From Eledone cirrhosa (taxonomy: Eukaryota), in NCBI GenBank assembly GCA_964016885.1, contig OZ024743.1:304482001-304546000 (forward strand): 64,000 bases of DNA. Reading direction: 5' to 3'. How positions within the stretch are numbered: the stretch's first letter is position 1; each line of letters starts with the position of its first letter. Shown in pieces: positions 11,480 to 32,410 of the stretch. Below the pieces are notes generated by a model, which ran no database searches, was not told the origin of the DNA, and saw only the letters and a list, made by a program, of their open reading frames with translations. The position numbers and the translations under genes are program-made.

Positions 11480-13020
11480 CGTGGGCTTTTCAAAACACCA
11501 CTAGCCGCATACACCGCACGTGTATCAAACAGATCCTGAGACATCTCAACCGCCAATTACACATCCATGAGCGGACACTCTCAGAGCGGACACATCGACT
11601 GACAATAACACCCGACGACTTGCTCCTTAAAATCACTAAAGCAATCGACCAGTGTTACTACTCCAGAGTCCAACACGAAAAAAAACGGCTCTAACGGAAA
11701 TATGAGTGGATCTTGTCTAAACTCCACAACGAGAACACCGACACTAACAAACAGACAGACCAGAACCACGTGGAAAACAACAATCTAACAGGCGCCGCCG
11801 CCGCATCCACCAACACCGAGCTACACCTCAACGATGCGACGCACCTGGTCACCGACCTAACCAGCACTCTCACGATCGACGAGCTGGAAGTCATACGCCT
11901 CAGACCCAAGTTCATCGTCTTACAACGACTCGACGGCAGACTCAAACTCGACATCGAAGCCAAGCTCTGTCTAACCGCCTACCAACTTAAATGGATGACC
12001 GCCATTAACAGCACCACGGAAAATAACAGCACCCACGCAACCCACCACAAGTCCCCACTTACCACCTCGACAACCTACTCCACCTCCCGCCCACCAACCA
12101 CGAACTCGACACTAAACTCATCAGGTTAAAACACTCCATCTCGCATATTCTACACAAAGACACACACACACACACCTACAACACACGACCTCACCAAATC
12201 TCAAGAACCTCATCTACTTCCCCTCCGACAAGGGAAAAGAATTCTGCGTCATCAACAGAGAGGCCTACAACACCCTCGCACTCCAACACCTTGAAGATGA
12301 CAACCTCCATTCCAAGGTCACGGGAATCACTCCCGCGCAGATAGAGGAGCACATCAACTCCGCCTGGACCAACATCTGTGACCGGCGGAAGCTCCCGAAG
12401 AAGCTGAGATACAACCTCCTCACGAGGAACAGCAGACTACCCGCCTTCTACCACCTTCTGAAAACACACAAATAGGGACCCAACCTGAAAATCAGACCCA
12501 TTGTATTGAGCGTGGAAGGACCGCTCTACAAAATGTCATGGCTCCTAGCCAGAATACTCAAACCCATCCTAGACACCGTGCCAGGACACGTAAACAGCTC
12601 CGAGGAGGTGTTGGAGCGCCTGCATTTAATGGATCCCGCCAGACACCAGAAAGGCTAACAGATATGCCTTCAGCCTTGATGTAGTCGCTCTTTACACCTC
12701 GGTACCGGCACTCCCGGACGTTGATATACTGATGGAACGCGTCCAATCTACCGAACTACACTGCTTCGGGTTCACCCCCACTGACATCCACCAACTCCTA
12801 TCCATCGTCGTTGACAACACATACTTCGGATTTCTCGACCAAACATACCAGCAAACCTCGGGACTACCCATGGGCTGAAGCCTGTCGAGTGTGCTAGCGA
12901 TCTCATACATGGACAGCCTCGAGCACAAGGCACTCAACACCTGCCACCCCAACGCCGTCACCTTTTTCTCAAAGTACGTGGACGATATCCTCATCCTCAG
13001 ATCTTCTCAGGAGATGTCGA
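11480..13020 (+). pseudogene. Penelope-like reverse transcriptase remnant, ends just after YVDD
   Basis: RLPAFYHLLKTHK, IRPIV, SLDVVALYTSVP, QTSGLPMG, SKYVDDIL read across frames with stops. Confidence 0.85.
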
Positions 13021-13022
13021 AC

Positions 13023-13068
13023 AGAAGAAGAAGAAGAAGAAGAAGAAGAAGAAGAAGAAGAAGAAGAA
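13023..13068. repeat. (AGA)n microsatellite
   Basis: Read directly. Confidence 0.98.
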
Positions 13069-13350
13069 ATTGCTTTTTTTGAATAAACGTGTTGCTATCA
13101 TTCTATAAGAAAATCCCATTAGCGTTTTCTACTGTTTTTCTTATTTTCCTCATATATATTAAGTCCTATGTCACTTCTCAACATTCTCTCTCTATATATA
13201 TATACATATATATATAATTTTTCCTGTTATCCTTTATTAAAAAGGCGTAAATGGTATACGGTCTTTACAGCTTGCAGAAGAATAAATCCAAAGATATAAT
13301 ATTCAAGGGAGAATGAACTCAGAGTACCCGATGTTATCGCTTTGAATACC

Positions 13351-13536
13351 AGGGCGGTGGATTGGCAGTATCGGTAGAGGGTCGGACGCCATGCTTTCCA
13401 GTATAGTTACGTCCCTATACGATCCGAGTTCAAATCCCGCCGAGGTTGACTTTGCCTTTCATCCTTACGGGGTCGATAAAATAAGGTATCAGCAATGCAC
13501 TGGGTAATTGCTGGCCTTGTGCCTAAAGTAGAAACA
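13351..13536 (+). mobile_element. Full-length tRNA-derived SINE with 18-bp TSD
   Basis: A-box-like TGGCAGTATCGG, B-box GAGTTCAAATCC; core resembles the MetaSINE domain (recollection); TSD GTTATCGCTTTGAATACC at 13333-13350 and 13537-13554. Confidence 0.92.
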
Positions 13537-13951
13537 GTTATCGCTTTGAATACCTTCCTTCATAGTTAAAGTAAGTAGCATTTTTTCAACTAGCAATAAA
13601 TGTACCGCATACGATTCGCCAGTTCGAATCATATTCTTCAAATGAATTCCCCACATATATCACATAATATATATGATAAACAGAATAGGTTTATATTAAA
13701 TTTCTTCTTTTTTCTCAGTATGTTTATTCACATTCTCATGAAAATATATTTGATGTTATGCTTTGCATATATACTGAAGAAATTAATGTAAACCAAATAA
13801 ATGTTATTTTTATTCTAAGTTGATATTCATTACTTTTATTTTGTGATTTTTTTTTTCATTACAGCTTTAAAATATTAGTAACATGAATATTGTGTTATTG
13901 TTTATGTTACATTTCATAATCATGCTTATGTTCATTTTGATTGATATTTGT

Positions 13952-14084
13952 CTTCTTCTTCTTCTTCTTCTGCTTCTTCTTCTTCTTCTTCTTCTTCTTC
14001 TTCTTCTTCTTCTTCTTCTTCTTCTTCTTCTTCTTCTTCTTCTTCTTCTTCTTCTTCTTCTTCTTCTTCTTCTTCTTCTTCTTC
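13952..14084. repeat. (CTT)n microsatellite
   Basis: Read directly. Confidence 0.98.
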
Positions 14085-14751
14085 GCCCTGTTATTATTAT
14101 TATTATTATTGATTCTGTTGTTATTATTGTAATTAATATCATTATTATTGTTGTTGTTATTGCTGTTTTTGCTTCGGTTGTTAGAGAACAAAAAAATTAG
14201 TGAAAGGAGTATTAAAATGAAGAGACGGAAGACGAAAGGTGCATGGCAGAAGATAATATAAAAAAAAGAAAATATCATATCAAACGTTTTGAAAGTGATT
14301 TAAAGGGAAACCTATAGTTAGATGTATCTACCAGCATAAACAAGAAAACTCTACTTAGCTTTAAGCTATTAAACCATGTTGAAATCATGAGCATTACAGG
14401 AAATCACATTGAAGACGAAGTTACATCATACTTAACAGAAAATGCAAGTAATCTCGAGAAACAATAATACACATGTTACTAATAAAAACTATATTAGAAT
14501 GAATAGATTCAAAGGTTATTGTTGAGGATATTGTAAACAATAAAGGACCGATTTAACGAAAAGGAATTCGGTGAAGCTACGACAAATGATAATTGTAAAC
14601 ATACGAAATTAAATTTCTTTGGAAATTATGTTTACATATTTATAATCCAGGCAAGAATAGATGTCATGTTATGTGTAGATTAATACAGTCAACGGGTGCC
14701 TAAACTTATAGAAAATATACGGTAGCACGCTAAAGTTTTTCTCAGCGTTGG

Positions 14752-14790
14752 TTACTACTACTACTGTTGCTACTACTGCTGCTGCTGCTG

Positions 14791-14823
<33 letters not shown>

Positions 14824-14856
14824 ATACTACTACTACTACTAATAATAATAATAATT
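14752..14856. repeat. Compound (CTA)/(CTG)/(AAT)n microsatellite
   Basis: Read directly; the (AAT)n part abuts the Tx1 C 3' end. Confidence 0.95.
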
Positions 14857-15107
14857 ATTTCATTTATTGGCCACAAGGGCCGACATATAGGGGACAACAC
14901 AATAGACAGGGACAGTGGGGGTTTACATAGAGATCGAGTAAGTATAAATAACAAAAAACAAAATAACAATAAAAATACAACAATGAAAGTTCCCCAATAA
15001 GAGGGATCACCACCCAGGGTTGACTCAAGCACCCCACCAGTCCTGAGCCACCCGACGCTCCTAGGGCACCCGGGAAGGGCACCCCTCTCCTTCTCGAATT
15101 CACCAGC

Positions 15108-18100
15108 CTACAGGCGCATGATCAGAGTAGGCCCACTCACGCGGGCCATTCTCGCCACATTCACCCACCTTTCAGTAAATGTACTGGGGGGCAGCACTTC
15201 TCTCTCCACCCTCACCTTCCTTTCCAAGTGAAACTTGAAGAAGTTGATGAGGGATTGGCCGAAGAGAAAAGTGTCTGTCTTCAGTCCTTTCAACCTGGTC
15301 CACCATGCAACCTCTTTCGCTACTGCCACCAGGCAGAGGAAAATTGCCTGCCCTTCCTGACCAAAAGAAGGCGGCGGGTCAATCTTCACTATGGACTCGG
15401 ACGATAGCCGGATCCGTTCTACACGCGACAATAGCTGTTCGACATAACCCCACAAGTCAGCAATGCACGGACACTGGACGAGTGCGTGCAGAACGGTTTC
15501 GTCGCTCTGCGCGCATCTCGGGCAGGTTCGTCTGACAGCACTTCCGTGCCTGTAGAGTTTATCCCGAACCGGCAGCGCCCCCCGGTAGCACTGCCAAGCG
15601 AGGGATTTCTGGAAGTTATCCATCGTCCCCGGCTGGAAAGTCCTCCGGAACATACTGGTCAGTTCTACTTCGTTGACGCCCAGAGCCTCTCCTAGTACGT
15701 CATCGCACTTGCCCTCCACTAATCCTCTATAGAAATCTTGAGTGGAAGTTCCACTGACCGCATTGCCCACCTTGCAGAGTGCAGTGAGCGCCTGGCAACA
15801 TTCCAGATGCCAGTCGCCCAGTCTCGGTCTCTTCTTGACCCAGGACTGCAGCTCAGTCAAAGAGATGAGCTGCGGAAAGGCCCGTCTAACAAACGGCGAC
15901 CACACCTGTTCACCGTTTAGGCAAAATATCTGGAGATGTCGCAGCCTCAGCGCATGTCTGCGCATCATTAGCCACGGCATGCCCAGCCCTCCACGACGAG
16001 GGTGCTGGCAGCAGATGGACCGCCTCACCAACGGGACCCGTCCCTCCACAAAAATTTGAAAAGGAGCCGTTCCAAATTGGCGAGGCGTGGACGGGGGCAA
16101 GGCACGACGGTCAGGCGGTAGTAGATGACGGACGCGATGTACGCGTTCGCCACCTCCGCCCGCCCTTTCAGTGATAGCTTTCTCTCAGCCCATTTCTGGG
16201 TGAGGTTGGCTATCCTGCTCGTCACCTCGTCCCAATTCTTATCCACCTGGAGGTCTGGTCCGAACCAAACCCCGAGCAACTTTACCGGTCCGTCTGTCCA
16301 GCGCCCAACGACGCTGTTGGACGGCATGGACTTGCCTCTCCAGGTGCCGAGCTGCAAGCCCACCGACTTTTCCGGGTTAAGTTTTGCTCCCGTCAACCTT
16401 TCATATTCCTCCAAATGGGTGCGGATCACCTCGATTTCCGAGGTGTCCGACACCATCACGGTGATGTCGTCCGCATAAGCGGACGCAGCCTTTCTGCGTC
16501 CCGGTTCGAGCGGGATGCCCTGCAAGAACTCCAGCTTCCGCAGTAGAGGCTCAAGAGTCAATACGTACAGAAGTGAGGAGAGAGGGCACCCTTGACGGAC
16601 CGATCGAGAGATCTGAAACGGTTCCGAGAGGTGGCCATTAACTTTGACCACCGAGCAGATGCCGCTGTACATTGCAGCGATCCAGCTTCTGAAGACGGGG
16701 CCGAAGCCAGCCGCCTCGAGGACAGCCTCCAAGTACCGATGGTCGACCCTATCGAATGCTTTCGATTGATCTAAATTGATCAGAGCCCCACTGAAGCCAG
16801 GTTTGCACCCAACCCTCTCTATGATGTATCGCATGAGGTGGAGGTTGTCGTGTATGGACCTGGTCGGGATTGCGCAAGTTTGCGCCTCCCCAACCAAATC
16901 TTTGACGACAAGCGCCAACCTTTTCGCTAACACCTTGGCCAAAATCTTAAACTCTGTGTTGAGCAGGGTTATGGGCCTGAAATTATCTAGTGTGTCCCTC
17001 TTGTTCTCGTCTTTCCTTATCAGCGTCACTACGCCACGGCTCACAGAACTGGGAATGCTCCCGTTCTGCTGCCAGTTGCAGTAGAGCGCTTCGAGGAGAT
17101 CGGAGAACAAGTCTGGCATATTTACGTAAAGCTCGTAGGGCAGACCATCCAAACCGGGTGACTTGCGACTCGAGCAGCCGACAAGGGCGTCCTGAATTTC
17201 GACTGATGTTATCGGCTCTTCGCAGCGCTCAGCGTCGGCCGTCGAGAGGCGTGGCAAGCCGTCGAGGTAGGGACTGAAGTCCGCCGCCGTCTCCGACTCA
17301 CCCATCCTCCCGAACAATCGAGCAAAGTGCTGGCGAAAGGCCTCACACATCTGCTTGGAATCGCTCAGTTCGTGTCCATCTCGATCCGTCAAAGACCGAA
17401 TTGTGGTTTTATTTCCACGCTGCGTCTCTGCAAAGCGAGCCCATCGGGCAGCTTTGGTTCCCTCGTTCCTCAGAGCACGCGCCTTAGCTCTGACAATGCA
17501 ACCTTCGTGTTTCGCATTGAAGAAATGGTCTAGTGCCATTCTCGCCGCTAGCACGTCTGTTGCAATGCCACTACAAATAGCCTCGTCTAACTTAGCTATC
17601 AGCCCCTCCTCCTTTCTATTTTTCTCTATTGCTACTTCTTTGCTAAATCCTATCGAGGTTGCTCTAATCTCTCTTTTGAGTGCCCCCCACCACCTGTTGT
17701 TGACAACCCCCCCTGTCAACTTTTGCTTAACTAAGTTGTTGACCCGGTCCCTGTAAGCTTTACGTGCCGGAAACGACATGTTTAGCTTCCAGTAGCTAGG
17801 TCCTAACCTACGTGTCTTATCTAGGTCGACCATACAGATCACAAGCTTGTGATCTGAATAGGCAACCGTTTTAAAATGTGGACATCCTACACTATTTCTA
17901 TCTCTTTTCCTAATGAAAATCCTATCTATGTACGATCTAGATGACACTATGCGATTGGTCCAGGTCCATACTGGCGCATTAGGGAAATCTAGTCGGTACC
18001 TGTCAGACAGTTGAAACTGGCTGATCAGGTACTTGAGGCTTTTGCACCCCCCGCTCCTATCAGATACTCCCACACAATCCCAGCGTGCTTCTAAGATGCC

Positions 18101-18526
18101 ATTCCAATCCCCTATTAACAGTAAAGGGCGAGACGTAAGCAGAAAGTTTTCCAGGCGCCTAAAGAAGTCCGGCCGACCGGCCCCAGTAGGGGCGTAGACG
18201 GCCACCAGTCTAAAGGCACCACCTTCGCCATTGCTCACGTCCAGGACCACCAACTTTCCGTCAGGATCCCGGAAGATTGACCTTACCTCGAGATCCAGAC
18301 ATTTCCTAAACAGCACAGCCACTCCACCTCCCATTCCCGGCCGACTAACAGATGCAAAGATCTGATAATCGTCGAAAATCGGCGCCAGTGCGCGTGTGTC
18401 GGAAATTCTGGTCTCGCTGATGGCAATTACATCCATTCCTAGTGACCTGAGGTCGTTGAGCAAGTGACCTTGCTTCCAGGGCGACCCCAGGCCACGAACA
18501 TTTAAACTTCCTACTCTTATGGCCAT
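15108..18526 (-). CDS. Tx1 ORF2 APE-RT (single frameshift near 16050)
   Basis: SLNVRGL, GDWN, YIDRIF, YSDH; FRPITLLN, QGCPLS, YADD; CPRC..ETVLHAL..C. Confidence 0.93.
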
Positions 18527-18555
18527 GCTGGCAGGATGAATGGGAGAGGAAAGGT

Positions 18556-20466
18556 TTAGTTACCTTCCGGGGTCTTGTGAAGGTCGGGTGGTTCGACCTC
18601 CATGGTTTGTGGGGTTTCTTTTGGGAACCCCTTTAATAGTCTTGACGTGGGTTTTACGTTCGGGGTTCCCACATCCCGAGGAAAGCTCTTTCGAATTTCT
18701 TTGTATGAAGCGAGCGACATTCGCATCAGAAGCAAATTATCTGGTGCGCGAAATGTGCTCGCTTCAAATGTTTCCCCCTCTTTTTCGATGTTTGTGCTTC
18801 GTGCTACATGGGCCATCAATTCCTTGTTGGCCCTTCTGGCAAGCACGAAGTTTTTAATGTTTTGTTGCTCGGGTTTTATTTGTTCGTGTGATTGTGGTGG
18901 TGATAGCTTTGTTAGTGTTGTTTCTATTGTGTCTGCGTTTGTTGTGGGTGGGGTGTCTGTAGTTTCTGATGTTTGTGTGTCTATTTGTTCTTGTGTCTGT
19001 TTAGCTTGTTTGCGTTTGGGGGATTTTGGTGGTTGTGTTGGTGATGCTGTGGGGAAAATGTTTGTGTGGGTGGTGTGTGTATTTTTTTTGTGGGGGTGTT
19101 TGTGCTTTGTGGATTTCTTTTTTTTTTTGTGTTTTGTTTTTTGTATTTTGGGGGACTTTGGTTTTCCCTCATCTTCACTGCTGGAGGATGAGGGGTCTGT
19201 GGCTGTGAGCGTGTTTGTGTCTGAGTGAGTGTTTATGTTCTTGTTCGTGTGTGTATTTTGGAGGGGAGGGGGAATGGGAGAGCTTTCCTCGTTTCCCCCC
19301 TGGGTGTGCAATTTTGGTGGTTCCATTGTTGACGGTGTTGCTGGTGGTCCTTGTCCCGGCGTAGCCAGCAGTGGAATCTTTCGACCCCTTGCGCTTTTCG
19401 GCAGTTGAGGGCAGAAGGCTCGCAAGTGTGTCGTTTCCCCACAAAGGAAACAATGCGGCCTTTTGCCCTCAGTCATTATATGCAACACCCTCCCGTTTTG
19501 GAGGCGGATGTGGTCCGGGATTGCTTTTACGTTTTCGGGTCTGATTTGGAGCAGTATCTCCAGATCAACCCCGGACCAGTCGTCCCTGGCAGTTCTCGTT
19601 GCCTCTACCGGGACTGTATCCGTTCCTTCCACGATTACGCAACCCAGGAGCCACCACATATCAAGTCCTGGTGGAATCCTGGGAATGCGCACACGTGCTA
19701 TTCGTTTTCCCATGTGGGAGGGGTACATTATGACCTTGCTGGTTTTGCAAGGGGTCATTGAATGCTTCACAGCGAGGGCTTCAGACTTGAACAGCACCGA
19801 AACGGTGCCGTATTGCCTGCCCCTCTCTATGAAGTCTGTGTCCTCTCTGATGTATTTCAGTGCGGCTTCTATATCAGCTTGGGCGATTATCGCTGCCCTC
19901 TTTGTCTCTACTGAGATGCATCTGAAATGCACCGTTCTTTTTTCCACTGCCTCAATGGCTTCTGCCGGGACAGTTAAGTTTGCCCAGGTCTGCTCTTGAT
20001 TTATGATTTTCCAGGCCTGGGCCAACTTTTCCTCTCTGTTGGTTAAGTCGATGCTGTAGCATGGTCTCCTTTTAGCCGCTGCCACAGCAGCGAAGGTGTT
20101 CTTGTTGGTGTTGTCACTGTTGTTGTTATTGTTGGTGTTGCTGCTGCTATTGCTGTTGTTGTTCTCCCCTGTGTCGTGGTTACCCTCTGTGCTGTTGGCC
20201 TTGTTGGTGATGTTGCTGTCGCTACTATTACTCTCTGTGCTGTTCGTTTTGTTGGTGCTCTCGCTATTACCACCTTCTGCGCTGTTCGGCTTGTTGGTGT
20301 TGGTGTTGTCGCTGTTACCACCTTCCGCGCCGCTCGGCCAGTTGGTGCTGGCACTGTCGCTGCTCACATTCGTGCTGGTGGCGCTCCTCGCCTCACCTCT
20401 CCTCTCAACGCTCAAGTCGCCGTTGCACGACAGCAGACCCGCCTCTAGGGGGCGTGGCTCCGCCAT
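18556..20466 (-). CDS. Tx1 ORF1, 636 aa, Asn/Ser-rich N-terminus and CCHC knuckle
   Basis: Uninterrupted ORF; CFLCGETTHLRAFC; homologous to ORF1 of A and B. Confidence 0.9.
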   Translation of the reverse strand: MAEPRPLEAGLLSCNGDLSVERRGEARSATSTNVSSDSASTNWPSGAEGGNSDNTNTNKPNSAEGGNSESTNKTNSTESNSSDSNITNKANSTEGNHDTGENNNSNSSSNTNNNNNSDNTNKNTFAAVAAAKRRPCYSIDLTNREEKLAQAWKIINQEQTWANLTVPAEAIEAVEKRTVHFRCISVETKRAAIIAQADIEAALKYIREDTDFIERGRQYGTVSVLFKSEALAVKHSMTPCKTSKVIMYPSHMGKRIARVRIPRIPPGLDMWWLLGCVIVEGTDTVPVEATRTARDDWSGVDLEILLQIRPENVKAIPDHIRLQNGRVLHIMTEGKRPHCFLCGETTHLRAFCPQLPKSARGRKIPLLATPGQGPPATPSTMEPPKLHTQGGNEESSPIPPPLQNTHTNKNINTHSDTNTLTATDPSSSSSEDEGKPKSPKIQKTKHKKKKKSTKHKHPHKKNTHTTHTNIFPTASPTQPPKSPKRKQAKQTQEQIDTQTSETTDTPPTTNADTIETTLTKLSPPQSHEQIKPEQQNIKNFVLARRANKELMAHVARSTNIEKEGETFEASTFRAPDNLLLMRMSLASYKEIRKSFPRDVGTPNVKPTSRLLKGFPKETPQTMEVEPPDLHKTPEGN

Positions 20467-20677
20467 GTTTTTTTTAGAAAAAAATTATTTTTTTTTTTCA
20501 AAATAAAGTTCAAATATTTGGGCCAAAAGGCCCAAATATTATGAGTTATTCCTTCACAGGATACAAATTAATGTCTTATAATGCTTCAGCGGTACAAAAA
20601 ATAAACAATTCTCTACAATTAATCCTCAAAAAATTGCTTGCTCACGGAGCTTCAAAAAACGTACATCCACTTTCGTC

Positions 20678-20713
<36 letters not shown>
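20678..20713. repeat. (AAT)n between Tx1 C 5' end and Dong copy 1
   Basis: Read directly. Confidence 0.97.
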
Positions 20714-22748
20714 TTACCAACTATAGACCTATCACATGTCTGTCCGTAATGTGGAAACTGTTGACGAGCATTGTGTCTGAGGAAATCTACCATCACCTCC
20801 ACACAAACAACTTGTTACCGGACGAACAGAAAGGATGCCGAAAGAAGTCACGTGGTACAAAGGACCAGTTACTTATTGATAAGATGGTAATGGGGAATTG
20901 CAGGAGGAGACACACTGATCTTGCCATGGGATGGATAGACTACAGAAAGGCATTTGACATGGTGCCTCATTCTTGGATCACCAAAAGCCTGGAGATCTTC
21001 AAGGTGGCAGATAACATCAGACAGTTGTTGGGCAAGAGTATGAGGTCCTGAGAAACAGAGTTGACATCAACTGGAGAATCCTTGGGAAGCGTGAAGATCA
21101 AGAGAGGTATCTTCCAGGGAGATAGCCTGTCCCCTCTGTTGTTTGTCCTTGCCCTGATGCCCCTGACCAGTGTACTGCGAAAAGTGAGTGCAGGATACAG
21201 GGTGGGAAAGGGAGGGCTTACCATCAATCACCTCCTCTTCATGGACGATCTTAAGCTCTTCGGGAAGAGTGAGAAGCAGTTGGATGTGCTTGTTGACACT
21301 GTCCGTATTTTCAGCAATGATATATGTATGCAATTTGGTATTAGTAAGTATGGAGTCATTGTGATGAAGAGGGGTAAGTTGAGCAGAAGTAACGGAATCC
21401 AGGTACCAACAGGTGAGATGATAAAGGAAATTGACTGTGAAGAAGGATACAAGTATTTGGGCGTTCTGGAGGCTGATGACACCAAGAACAAAAAAATGAA
21501 GGAATTGTTAAGAACTGAATACATTTGGAGAGTAAGGAGCGTATTGAAGTCACACCTGAACAGCAGAAATGCCATAAGCGCAGTAAATTCCCGAGCTGTG
21601 TCTATTATTAGGTACAGTGCGGGAATTCTGAGATGGAATGTTGCTGAACAAAAAGAAATAGATAGGAAGACTAGGAAGCTATTGACTATCTACAACATAT
21701 TCCACAAGAGGAGTGATGTCGATAGACTCTACCTACTGAGATCTGAGGGTGGAAGAGGTCTTATCAGCATATAGGACTGTGTTCAGATGGAGAAAAACAA
21801 CCTACACAAATACGTGACTGATAGTAAGGAGCCAATGCTCAGAACTGTACTGAAGGAGGGGACAATAGGCCAGGGGATGTCCAAGGAGGAAATAACCTCA
21901 AGGAGAAAGAGCAGCCTTCAGGAAAAATCCCTTCATAGTACCTTCTTTGAGAAAACTGAATTTAGAGATCCACAGACATGGAACTGGTTGAGAAGAGGAG
22001 ACCTTAATAAGGCTACAGACGGAATGTTAATGGCTGCGCAGGAGCAGGCCCTCAAAACGAAGTGGTTGAAACATCATATTTACAAGGAGGAGGCTAGCCC
22101 ACTGTGCAGGATCTGTGGAGAGAGAGGAGACTGTGGCTCACAATGTATCCGAGTCTAAACACCTAGCCCAGACCCACTATAAGGGCTGGAGACATGATGT
22201 GATGGGCAGGGTGATCCACTGGCACCTGTGCAAAGTAAACAGTTTACCACATTCTGAGAAATGGTATGAGCATAAGCCAGAGGCGGTGATGGAGAATGAT
22301 CAGGTGAAGGTGCTGTGGGATTTTAGGATACAGACGGACAAGAAACTGGAACAAAATAGACCTGACCTGGTGGTTGTGGACAAAGAAAAAAGATCGTGTC
22401 TGATTGTGGATGTGGCCTGCCCATTCGACACGAGAGTGCAAGAGAAGGAGAGGGAGAAAATTAACCGATACCAGGACTTAAAGTGGGAGTCTAAAAAGGA
22501 TTTGGAACTGCCATGAAGTCAAAGTGATCCCGATTGTCATAGGCGCACTGGGGACTATCTCCAAAAGTTTCCAGGGATGGTTAAAGAAAATCGGCCCCTT
22601 CACGCTTTTTGGAACGCTTCAAAAGGCAGTTTGCTGGGAACAGCAAGAACCCTCCGATACGTCCTGAATATCTGAGGCTGCAAGTAGTGGCTTGATATTC
22701 ATTCCAACGAACTTTCCAGTTAACTAACATCAATGACTGAGATTCAAG

Positions 22749-22749
<1 letters not shown>
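20714..22749 (+). mobile_element. R4/Dong-type RLE non-LTR element, copy 1 (5'-truncated)
   Basis: Starts at YRPITCL; [24 protein letters not shown]....(C), RPDLVVVD..IVDVACP; ends in (TAA)n. Confidence 0.92.
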
Positions 22750-22822
<73 letters not shown>

Positions 22823-22850
22823 CAAGGGAATAATAATAATAATAATAATA
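22750..22850. repeat. (TAA)n spacer
   Basis: Read directly. Confidence 0.97.
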
Positions 22851-32391
<9,541 letters not shown>

Positions 32392-32410
32392 TAATAATAA
32401 TAATAATAAT

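Larger units (their letters stand above)
14857..20677 (-). mobile_element. Near-intact full-length Tx1-type element C
   Basis: Intact 636-aa ORF1, ORF2 with one frameshift, AATAAA near the 3' end, (AAT)n on both sides. Confidence 0.95.

Noticed and set aside
12860-12890. In-frame TGA in the PLE RT motif (PMG*SLS) as possible selenocysteine
   Set aside because: The same remnant has a TAG and frameshifts, and no SECIS is visible; ordinary decay is sufficient.
13351-13445. tRNA gene
   Set aside because: A and B boxes are present, but it continues into a SINE core and is bounded by a TSD; no proper cloverleaf.
13867-14278. Poly-L/R/K/F ORFs
   Set aside because: (CTT)n microsatellite artefacts.
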